Source: a candidate division FCPU426 bacterium (lineage in GTDB: Bacteria > Oederibacteriota > Muellerivitia > Muellerivitales > Muellerivitaceae). Taken from it: a stretch of DNA of 64,000 nucleotides. The position numbers and the translations under genes are program-made. The DNA lies in the NCBI GenBank assembly GCA_963796105.1, contig CAWCKJ010000003.1, positions 384,001 to 448,000 of the forward strand, in the 5' to 3' direction. The stretch's first letter is position 1, and every line of letters starts with the position of its first letter. Below, piece by piece: positions 1 through 9,023 of this stretch. Under the pieces are notes generated by a model. That model made no database searches. It saw only the letters and a list, made by a program, of their open reading frames with translations, and was not told the DNA's origin.

Positions 1-2669
1 ATGGAGCCGTAGGACATGGCCCCCGTTGCGAAACGCCTCACGATTTCCTTGGCCGGCTCCACCTGGTCCAGGGGGATGGGGTTTCCCTTCTTGAACTTGA
101 ACAGTCCCCTCAGGGTGCAAAGGGCCGTGGTCTGGTCGTTGACGTCCCTGGAGTATTCCTTGAATTTCTTGAAATCGCCTGTCCGGACCGCCTGCTGGAG
201 CTTTTGGACCGTGTCGGGGTTGAAGAGGTGCTTTTCCCCGTCCCTGCGCCATTGGTAGCGCCCTCCCCAATCGAGATCCAGCTCCCGGTCCGGCCTTTCC
301 GGGAAGGCTCCCCTGTGCCTCTGTTCCATCTCGGCGGCCACCTCGGCCAATCCTATGCCCTGGATGCGGGAGGGGGTCCAGGTGAAATACTTGTCCACGA
401 ACTCCTTGTTCAAGCCGATGGCCTCGAAGATCTGGGCGCCCCTGTAGCTTTGGATGGTGGAAATGCCCATCTTGGACATGACCTTGACGATGCCCTTGTT
501 GGCGGCCTTGATGTACTTCTTGACGGCGGTCTTGTGGTCCGTGTCGGGCGGGAGGATTTTCCGGCGGATCATGTCATCAAGGGTCTCGAAAGCCAGGTAG
601 GGGTTCACCGCGTTGGCGCCGTATCCCACCAGCAGGGCGAAATGGTGCACTTCCCTGGGCTCTCCCGTCTCCAGGATCAGGCCCGCCTTGGTGCGCTCCC
701 CCTTCTTGATCAGGTGGTGATGCACGCCGGCGGTCGCAAGCAGGCTGGGTATGGGGGCCAGGTCATGGTTCATTCCCCGGTCCGTCAGGATGATGATTTG
801 AAAGCCTTCCTTTACCCCCTGGCTGGCCTTTTCGCAGACGCCTTCCATGGCCTTGGCCAGTCCCGCGCCCCCCTCGGATACCTTGAAGAGGATGGGAATA
901 GTGAGTGCCTTGTAACCCCTGTGGGAAAGATGGGTGAACTTGGCCAGTTCGTCGTTATCCAGCACGGGGCTTTGAAGCTCGATCTGCCCGCAGCTTTGGG
1001 GGGTGGGCTTCAAAAGGTTGCCCTCGGGACCCAGGGTGGTGTTGACCGACGTCACCAATTGCTCGCGGATGGCGTCCAGGGGCGGGTTGGTGACCTGGGC
1101 GAAAAGCTGCTTGAAATACTGGAACAGGGGCTGGGGGTGGTTGGACAGCACCGCCAGGGGCGTGTCCTCCCCCATGGAGCCGATGGGCTCCTCGCCGTTC
1201 GTGGCCATGGGGGCCATCAGGAAGCGGATGTCCTCGTGGGTGTAGCCGAAAGCCCTCTGGCGCCTCAGGACCGTGTCATGGTCCGGCTCCGGCACGTGCG
1301 GGGCCGCGGGCAGCTGCTCCAGGGGAATCAGGTTTTCCTTGAGCCAGTCCCCGTAAGGGTGGGCCTTGGAGATTTTTTCCTTCAATTCCAGGTCGTCGAT
1401 GATCCTGCCCTCGCCCAGGTCGATGAGGAACATCTTGCCCGGTTCCAGCCTTCCCTTCTTGAGGATGCGCTTGGGATCGACTTCCAGGACCCCGACTTCG
1501 GAAGCCATGATGACCAGGTCGTCCTTGGTCACGTAATAACGCGACGGCCGGAGGCCGTTCCGGTCCAGGACGGCGCCGATGACCCTGCCGTCGGTGAAGG
1601 CGATGGAGGCCGGGCCGTCCCAGGGCTCCATCAGGCAGGAATGGTAGTGGTAGAAATCCTTCTTGTACTGGGGCATGGTGGCGTGGCCGCTCCAGGCCTC
1701 GGGGATGAGCATCATCATGGCGTGGGGCAGGCTTCTTCCGGCCAAAAGCAGGATTTCCAGGGCGTTGTCGAAAGTGGCGGAGTCCGACTGGCCTTCCCTG
1801 ACGATGGGGAGCAGGCGCTTGATCTCCTCCTTCGTATAGTAATCGCTCTCGAACAGGGCCTCCCTGGCGTGCATCCAGTTGATGTTCCCCCTGAGGGTGT
1901 TGATTTCCCCGTTGTGGGCGATATAGCGGTAGGGGTGGGCGAGGTCCCAGGAGGGGAAGGTGTTGGTGGAGAAACGGGAATGGATCAAGGCCAGGGCCGA
2001 GTCCATGTCGTGGTCGCGTAAATCGGGGAAATAGGAGGCTTCCTGGCTGGGCGTCAGCATGCCCTTGTAAACCACCGTCCTGCAGGAGAGGCTGGCCACG
2101 TAAAAGAGCTTTTTTTCCTTGATCCCGGCCGTATTGACGGCGTTTTCGACCCTCTTTCGGATCAGGAAAAGCTTGCGCTCGAAGGAATCCTCGTCCTTGA
2201 GGGAGTGGGACCTTCCGATGAAGATCTGCTTCATGACCGGCTCGCAAGCCCTGGCGCTGGGGCCGACGTCCGAGTTCTCCGTGGGAACCAAACGCCAGCC
2301 CAGTAGTTCCTGTCCTTCTTCCTTAATGGTACGGCTGAAGATATCCTCGCAAGTCCTGGCCTCGTCCGGGTCCCGCGGCAGGAAAACCATTCCGACCCCG
2401 TAATGGCCCTCGGCGGGAAGCTTGATGTCCCATTTGGATGCGTTTTTCCGGAAAAACCTGTCGGAGACCTGGATCAAAACGCCCGCGCCGTCGCCCGTGT
2501 TGCTCTCGCATCCGCAGGCGCCCCTATGGGCGAGGTTGAGGAGGATTTCCACGCCCTTTTCCACGATCTCATGGGACTTTTTGTTCTTGATGTTCACGAC
2601 GAAGCCCACGCCGCAGGAATCCTTGCCGGCGTCGAAGGGATGGAGAAGATTTTCAGGTTGGTTTGACAT
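1..2669 (-). CDS. gltB: Glutamate synthase large subunit (3' part runs off the window)
   Basis: Translated by hand from ATG 2669: MSNQPENLLHPFDAGKDSCGVGFVVNIKNKKSHEIV...HRGACGCESNTGDGAG, later HSRFSTNTFPSWDLAHPYRYIAHNGEINT and EPWDGPA (GATase-2 domain). Absent from the ORF track because it is truncated. Confidence 0.97.
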   Translation of the reverse strand, partial: MSNQPENLLHPFDAGKDSCGVGFVVNIKNKKSHEIVEKGVEILLNLAHRGACGCESNTGDGAGVLIQVSDRFFRKNASKWDIKLPAEGHYGVGMVFLPRDPDEARTCEDIFSRTIKEEGQELLGWRLVPTENSDVGPSARACEPVMKQIFIGRSHSLKDEDSFERKLFLIRKRVENAVNTAGIKEKKLFYVASLSCRTVVYKGMLTPSQEASYFPDLRDHDMDSALALIHSRFSTNTFPSWDLAHPYRYIAHNGEINTLRGNINWMHAREALFESDYYTKEEIKRLLPIVREGQSDSATFDNALEILLLAGRSLPHAMMMLIPEAWSGHATMPQYKKDFYHYHSCLMEPWDGPASIAFTDGRVIGAVLDRNGLRPSRYYVTKDDLVIMASEVGVLEVDPKRILKKGRLEPGKMFLIDLGEGRIIDDLELKEKISKAHPYGDWLKENLIPLEQLPAAPHVPEPDHDTVLRRQRAFGYTHEDIRFLMAPMATNGEEPIGSMGEDTPLAVLSNHPQPLFQYFKQLFAQVTNPPLDAIREQLVTSVNTTLGPEGNLLKPTPQSCGQIELQSPVLDNDELAKFTHLSHRGYKALTIPILFKVSEGGAGLAKAMEGVCEKASQGVKEGFQIIILTDRGMNHDLAPIPSLLATAGVHHHLIKKGERTKAGLILETGEPREVHHFALLVGYGANAVNPYLAFETLDDMIRRKILPPDTDHKTAVKKYIKAANKGIVKVMSKMGISTIQSYRGAQIFEAIGLNKEFVDKYFTWTPSRIQGIGLAEVAAEMEQRHRGAFPERPDRELDLDWGGRYQWRRDGEKHLFNPDTVQKLQQAVRTGDFKKFKEYSRDVNDQTTALCTLRGLFKFKKGNPIPLDQVEPAKEIVRRFATGAMSYGS

Positions 2670-2703
2670 GCGTCACTCCCCGTTAATAGGGTTATATGGA
2701 GTT

Positions 2704-2733
2704 AAAAAAAGCGGCCACTCGAAGGGCGCCGCT
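2704..2733 (-). terminator. Intrinsic terminator-like hairpin in the gltB leader
   Basis: Minus strand AGCGGC-GCCCTTCGAGTG-GCCGCT followed by a T run. Confidence 0.6.
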
Positions 2734-2814
2734 GATCTAAAGCATAAATTTTAAGTGGTTTAAATTACAATAGAATCAACGCATTTTCAAGGAAAGTCAG
2801 ATAAACCGTAATTC

Positions 2815-2989
2815 ACCCCAGGGACACAGAGACCCGGCCAAAAACACCAATTTATAATCGATTTTCCCTGCTGAGCTTGATTGAAAGAAAGAAGAATAAT
2901 TAGTTTTTTATAATCATTGGTTCTTCAAATGAATTTGTTTGATTATGCGTAATGATTTGGTTTTCTCTGGGTCTCTGTGTCCCTGTGGT
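2815..2989. mobile_element. MITE/REP-like element with 21-bp terminal inverted repeats
   Basis: ACCCCAGGGACACAGAGACCC (2815-2835) and GGGTCTCTGTGTCCCTGTGGT (2969-2989) are inverted repeats with 1 mismatch around an AT-rich core. Confidence 0.55.
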
Positions 2990-3001
2990 AAAAGTCGGGT
3001 T

Positions 3002-4153
<1,152 letters not shown>

Positions 4154-4182
4154 TCAAATCAAATAACTTAAGAAGGAACGCA

Positions 4183-4800
4183 TTATAAGGCCGGATCGGA
4201 TCTGCCAGTCCGAATTTTCGCTAATAACGGATCTAAGGAAGACCTTGTTCTTGGTCCCATGACAGCATGCGGGAAAACACCAGGCTGGTTCTTCAAGGCT
4301 TGTTTTTCTTCCGGGGAGGCTTTGGTCCCTTGGTCTTCCCATTTCACCGGAATTTTCGGGAGAAGGGAAGACGCTGGACTCACAGCCTGGCTGGGAGGGG
4401 GCGGGACCATCGGGGCCTGACTTCCCGGATTCCGCCTGCAAATGGCGCAGATGCAAAAAGCCTCGTTCCGTTTTTTGACGTTGTTCGCGTAGTCCCTGAT
4501 TAAATAGCCCTGTTTTGAGGCTTTTTGTATCAAGGTCTTGAAGCCGGGGATCTGCCTCAAGTGAAGCAGGGCTTGGTCCACGTTGTTGATGCCGACCGCG
4601 TTTTCCCACAAGGCCAGCAAATCGGCCCGGGTGACCGGCACTCCCTGCCTCTCGAGCAGGCAATTCAAGATGTTACGGCTCATTTCATTGATGTCGGAAA
4701 CGGCCCCATCGATGAACAAGTGGCTTTCTTTCCTGGGCATTTCAACGTACACGAAACAGCAGCATTTGGTTTCAGGGTTATTGATCTCATAAACGGGCAT
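4183..4800 (-). CDS. Orphan OmpR/PhoB-type winged-helix protein with Cys motifs
   Basis: ILNCLLERQGVPVTRADLLALWENAVGINNVDQALLHLRQ...KQGYLI resembles Trans_reg_C; no receiver domain. Confidence 0.55.
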   Translation of the reverse strand: MPVYEINNPETKCCCFVYVEMPRKESHLFIDGAVSDINEMSRNILNCLLERQGVPVTRADLLALWENAVGINNVDQALLHLRQIPGFKTLIQKASKQGYLIRDYANNVKKRNEAFCICAICRRNPGSQAPMVPPPPSQAVSPASSLLPKIPVKWEDQGTKASPEEKQALKNQPGVFPHAVMGPRTRSSLDPLLAKIRTGRSDPAL

Positions 4801-5080
4801 GGCACAGCTCCGTTAACGGCATGGGTCGCGGGAAAATTTCCGGCGGAGAGAAGGTCCTTCGAACCGCAGGCACGGGATCAAAAGCGGGGTGAAAACAATT
4901 CATTAAATGGATTATACCTCTTCCGGTTCATTTTGGCTTCCGGCAGACGTTGAAAACCCGCTTAAAAATAACTGAGTGATAACTTAACGGGAACTTAAAA
5001 CATTATTCAGTTTATATTCAGGACGCGCCGTTACTTTTCGTGGCCTAATGGATTCCAGAAAAGATCCCTGGAGGAAAAAC

Positions 5081-6016
5081 ATGGCTGAGACAAACAATGA
5101 GATCAGCATCAAGCCGGAGGCCACCTTCGCGAAGCTGGCCGCCATTTTGGAGGCGGCATATGACTTGGGCATTTTACTGCGCCGGCCGGTCGGCGTGGAG
5201 GAGGCTGCGCTTTACTTCGCCAGGATGCGGGAGGCCGAGTTTTGGAATATCAAGGCCCAAAATGACCACGAGGAGCAAATGAAAGAGGTGGGCATATATT
5301 TATACGGGGAGAACACAAGGCTCAAAACCGATATCGGCCAGCTCCGCGCCGAGCGGGAATGGACCGCGAAATACGCCGAGGCCTTCCGCCGGTACCGGGA
5401 AAGCCCGGGGCGCAACGGCTTCGTATTCATCGCCAAGCATATCGTCAACAATTACGGTTTACATATGAGGCCCTCCCACGAGGTCTCGGAAGCGGTGAAC
5501 AACTTTTTTTGCAACGTGTTCGTGAACCATGAGCGGGTCCAGGACCTGTTGTTGAGGGATTTCATCCTTTCCCTGACCCCCGACGAGCAGGCCTTCATCC
5601 AGGAGCTCATGCCGGATTCGGACATCGTGAACCTCTCCGCCCTGGCCGCCATCCGGATCGCCAGGGCCAAGGACCCCGGGGTGGATCAGTTGCGGAAGGA
5701 CCGTGAATTGAAGCTGATGGGCTCCATCACCATGAAATACCGGGACTATCACCAGGGGGAAATCCCGGAAAACGTGACTGAAATGAGGGACTACGACCTC
5801 GTCATCAAGGATGAATTCGGCACCAAACGGCCTTACATGGAGCTTTCCTTCCGGAAACACAAGGGCGGAGGCACAGTCCTGCAGGATCTCATATCATTGG
5901 TGGCCACTCCGGGAAACATCCTTCGATTCGTCTTTTACGGTCAGGACAAGGACGCGGCATGTTCCAAGATTCTATATATCCTCGGTAAACGCTACGATGG
6001 CCGATCGGATCAGTGA
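5081..6016 (+). CDS. HPr-like domain protein (HPr fold split by a large insertion, N-terminal extension)
   Basis: IVNNYGLHMRPS (HPr His15 motif) and C-terminal DLISLVATPGNILRFVFYGQDKDAACSKILYIL; GGAGG SD before ATG 5081. Confidence 0.6.
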   Translation: MAETNNEISIKPEATFAKLAAILEAAYDLGILLRRPVGVEEAALYFARMREAEFWNIKAQNDHEEQMKEVGIYLYGENTRLKTDIGQLRAEREWTAKYAEAFRRYRESPGRNGFVFIAKHIVNNYGLHMRPSHEVSEAVNNFFCNVFVNHERVQDLLLRDFILSLTPDEQAFIQELMPDSDIVNLSALAAIRIARAKDPGVDQLRKDRELKLMGSITMKYRDYHQGEIPENVTEMRDYDLVIKDEFGTKRPYMELSFRKHKGGGTVLQDLISLVATPGNILRFVFYGQDKDAACSKILYILGKRYDGRSDQ

Positions 6017-6036
6017 GCTGAGGTATACTTCTTTCC

Positions 6037-6429
6037 ATGAAAGTCATTAAAATCCACTCCAGCAAGCGCGAGCAGGTCCTGGATATCACTCCCCAGGTCA
6101 AGGAGTTCGCGGCCCAAAACGGGCAAAAGTCCGGGCTGATCGCGGTCTATTGCCCCCACACCACCGCCGCGGTGACGGTCAATGAGAACGCCGATCCGGA
6201 TGTGAAAACGGATCTTCTTTATCACCTGAAGAAAACCATCCCCCAATCACCGGAGTTCCAGCATTCCGAGGACAACTCGGACGCCCACATCAAGGCGGTC
6301 TTAAGCGGTTTATCGCAGGTTTTTATCGTGGAGGAGGGCAAGTTGATGCTGGGCCAGTGGCAGGGGGTTTATTTCCTGGAGTTCGACGGCCCCCGTGAGC
6401 GCGAGGTGTGGTTGAAATTTATTTCGTGA
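6037..6429 (+). CDS. yjbQ: YjbQ/UPF0047 family protein
   Basis: PHTTAAVTVNENADPDV, NSDAHIKA, LGQWQGVYFLEFDGPRER. Confidence 0.93.
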   Translation: MKVIKIHSSKREQVLDITPQVKEFAAQNGQKSGLIAVYCPHTTAAVTVNENADPDVKTDLLYHLKKTIPQSPEFQHSEDNSDAHIKAVLSGLSQVFIVEEGKLMLGQWQGVYFLEFDGPREREVWLKFIS

Positions 6430-6505
6430 CTCACAACCGCGCGGATAATCCGCTGTTCGCAACGGCTTGCAAACGCCCATTCAATTGAAACTGGAGAACC
6501 CAGCC

Positions 6506-6539
6506 AAAAAAAAGCCCCCGGCTGAGAAACCGGGAGCTG
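6506..6539 (-). terminator. Intrinsic terminator of the adhesin gene
   Basis: AGCTCCCGG-TTTCTCAG-CCGGGGGCT followed by a T run on the minus strand. Confidence 0.8.
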
Positions 6540-6575
6540 TCAAAAACCGCGTTCTAATGGTTTTGAGGTTACCGC

Positions 6576-7835
6576 TTAAAAGCCGAACCCGACTCCCCCT
6601 CCCACCTGGGTGTAATCCGCGCTTCCATTGCTGGAGGCACTGATGGTGGCGGACCATCCCTCGAATGCCCTTTGATAGGCCACCCCGATCCCTGCCTGCC
6701 CGCCCATGACGCCCACCCCCACGGCCAGCCGGTTGTCGCCCCTCTGGCCCACCGCCGCCACCGCCGCGTTGGCCGCCGCGGCCACCACCGCGCCGGAGGA
6801 CTGCGCCTGGGTCTTGGAAAACACCTGGTTCTGTTGGGAAATGGAATTCAACTGCCCGACGTTGGCGGCATCCGTGCTGTTGACGCCGTCCGCCACGTTG
6901 GTGATTCGGCGCGTTAATCCCGTGCTGGAGTTCCCGACTGAGACCGTGTTGGTCTGGTTGGCCGCGGAACCGGCCCCCAGGGCGACGCTGTTGGCCCCTG
7001 TGGCGGAGCTGTTGGCCCCGATGGCCGTGCTGTTGGCGGCGCCGGCGGCGCTATTGCTTCCCACCGCCGTGCTGTTGGCCCCGCCCGCGTTGCTGTTGAA
7101 ACCGTTGGCGGTGCTGGAAGTCCCGGTGGCGAGGCTTCCCCCACCGGCGGCGGTGCTGTCATCCCCGCTGGCGGTGCTGGATATCCCGACCGCGACGCTG
7201 GAAACCCCGGAGGCGCCGCTGGAGCTTCCAACGGCCGTGCTGTAGTCGCCGCCGGCGGCGCTGTTAGACCCATTGGCGGTGCTGGAAATCCCGATGGCGT
7301 TGCTGTGCATCCCGGTGGCGGTGCTGTTGTCCCCGCTGGCGGAGCTGAGCAATCCGGTGGCGGTGCTGTTATCCCCGCCGGCGGTGGAATCCGCCCCGTA
7401 AGCGGAGCTGTCGGTTCCTATAGCTTGGCTGTTATATCCATTGGAGGTACTGGCGATCCCGACCGCGGCGCTTCCCGCCCCCGTGGCGGTGCTTTGCATT
7501 TTGCTGGCATAGCTGTTGTAGCCGTTGGCGGTGCTGTCCTCGCCGTTGGCGGCGCTTCCGACTCCGGCGGCGGTGGAGTTATCCCCGCTAGCGGCGCTGT
7601 TTGCCCCAGTGGCGGTGCTGTTCGCCCCGCTCGCGGCGCTGCTTCCCCCGGTGGCGGTTCCGTAATCACCGCTGGCCGTGGCGGACGCTCCATAGGCGGA
7701 GCTGTTGATCCCGCTTGCGGAGGCTCCTGTTCCATTTTGTGTGTCTTGCGCCCATAACCGCGAGTCTTTTCCCGTCAATCCAATTATGAGGAATAAAACA
7801 CAGGCTAGGCTGAACAACCTCATCGACGTTTTCAT
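6576..7835 (-). CDS. Trimeric autotransporter adhesin (YadA-like)
   Basis: Signal peptide, many 14-aa head repeats (ASGDNSTATGxxSA), neck NTVSVG...RRITNVADG...DAANVGQL, anchor ending VGGGVGFGF. Confidence 0.92.
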   Translation of the reverse strand: MKTSMRLFSLACVLFLIIGLTGKDSRLWAQDTQNGTGASASGINSSAYGASATASGDYGTATGGSSAASGANSTATGANSAASGDNSTAAGVGSAANGEDSTANGYNSYASKMQSTATGAGSAAVGIASTSNGYNSQAIGTDSSAYGADSTAGGDNSTATGLLSSASGDNSTATGMHSNAIGISSTANGSNSAAGGDYSTAVGSSSGASGVSSVAVGISSTASGDDSTAAGGGSLATGTSSTANGFNSNAGGANSTAVGSNSAAGAANSTAIGANSSATGANSVALGAGSAANQTNTVSVGNSSTGLTRRITNVADGVNSTDAANVGQLNSISQQNQVFSKTQAQSSGAVVAAAANAAVAAVGQRGDNRLAVGVGVMGGQAGIGVAYQRAFEGWSATISASSNGSADYTQVGGGVGFGF

Positions 7836-8000
7836 AAACTCTCCTTGATCCGAAATGGACTTGAAGACATTTAACCACTGGTTTCCATCTTAGTAAACCA
7901 GGTCCATGTCCGGGAAAATGCCTGAATCATTTTCCCTTTTAACCTTTTTACAGGACTCGGGAGAGTACTTATCTGAATTTTTTATGGATGATTGGAATAT

Positions 8001-8097
8001 ACCGTTAGATGAGCCTAAACAACCGTTAGGAGGTGATTTCACCAGACTTTATTGGGCAGTCGGGCTGTGTAAATAGCTGGGGATTGGGTGTAAACAG
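8001..8097. promoter_or_regulatory. Two pairs of direct repeats with 21-bp period (LytTR-like operator candidate)
   Basis: ACCGTTAG at 8001 and 8022; GTGTAAAyAG at 8067 and 8088. Confidence 0.4.
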
Positions 8098-8182
8098 TCG
8101 TTTTAGGCCTAATTAATCCCCCGCCCTTAAAAGACTGTTAGAATAGAAAAAACGAACTCAATTACTTTCCATAGGTGATTTT

Positions 8183-8368
8183 ATGATTTGGATGTCTTTA
8201 GCTATCTTGGCTGTGCTTTCCATTTGCTTCTGGCTGTTTAACCTGATTAACACGAAAAATACCGATCAGAACTATATCCAAGACCGTAAAAAGTATTTCC
8301 CCACCCGTTTGATACTACCATCCAAAGCTCCCGTCCCGGTAAACCCGAAAATAAAGGACGTAAAATAA
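8183..8368 (+). CDS. Small single-TM hypothetical protein
   Basis: AGGTGA SD, hydrophobic N-terminus, 61 aa. Confidence 0.5.
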   Translation: MIWMSLAILAVLSICFWLFNLINTKNTDQNYIQDRKKYFPTRLILPSKAPVPVNPKIKDVK

Positions 8369-8464
8369 GTATCGGGAAATGAAAAATGAATTTTCGAGGA
8401 AAATTTATTTCATGAAACTAATATGAAATTCGAGTCGATTGGCTCCCAGATTGCCTTTTGAATT

Positions 8465-8755
8465 CTACTTATACCTAGTTTTAGCCAATTGAATGGAATC
8501 ATCTAAAGATTTCCAAGCCGCCTCGACCCCCACCTGCAAATCTCCCCAGGCTTCCTCGGTGGCTTTGTTTAGGCGGCCCAATTTGTCCTGAAAATCCCTT
8601 CGCTTTTCCTTCAAATCATCCACGTGTTTTTGCATTTCCACGCGGGCCGAAGCCCCAGCCCGGACGGCGTTGGACTGAAGCTTATCCATATCGTTATTCC
8701 ACTGATCCATGCTGGCTTTCATCTTTTTCACGAAAGCGTCCCTGACTTCCCCCAT
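8465..8755 (-). CDS. Small coiled-coil protein (sll1863-like stress family)
   Basis: RDAFVKKMKASMDQW...ATEEAWGDLQVGVEAAWKSL pattern; GGGGAG SD. Confidence 0.75.
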   Translation of the reverse strand: MGEVRDAFVKKMKASMDQWNNDMDKLQSNAVRAGASARVEMQKHVDDLKEKRRDFQDKLGRLNKATEEAWGDLQVGVEAAWKSLDDSIQLAKTRYK

Positions 8756-9023
8756 GATTGATATCTCCCCTTAATTGGATTTACGGCCAAAGCGATTATA
8801 GGAATATTACTTAAAAATAAGTGGGAATTAGGCCCCCCCATTGCCGGCTGGCTCATGGCGGTTTACGAATTTCCACCAGGTTTTATCGGAGAACCCATTT
8901 TAGGCTCTTCCGAAATAGTTAAACCCATTCTATTCTTCTAGGTGAATAATAAGGCCGGATTCGATATAATTAAATCGTTTTAATTAGTTGTTTTAACACT
9001 ATCCCCTCGTTTGGAGCCGCCTC

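Noticed and set aside
204..2021. 605-aa plus-strand ORF (and 1276-2247 minus)
   Set aside because: Antisense and alternative-frame shadows of GC-rich gltB
6950..7720. 42-bp periodic repeats resembling an array
   Set aside because: Coding 14-aa YadA head repeats; no repeat-spacer structure and no cas genes
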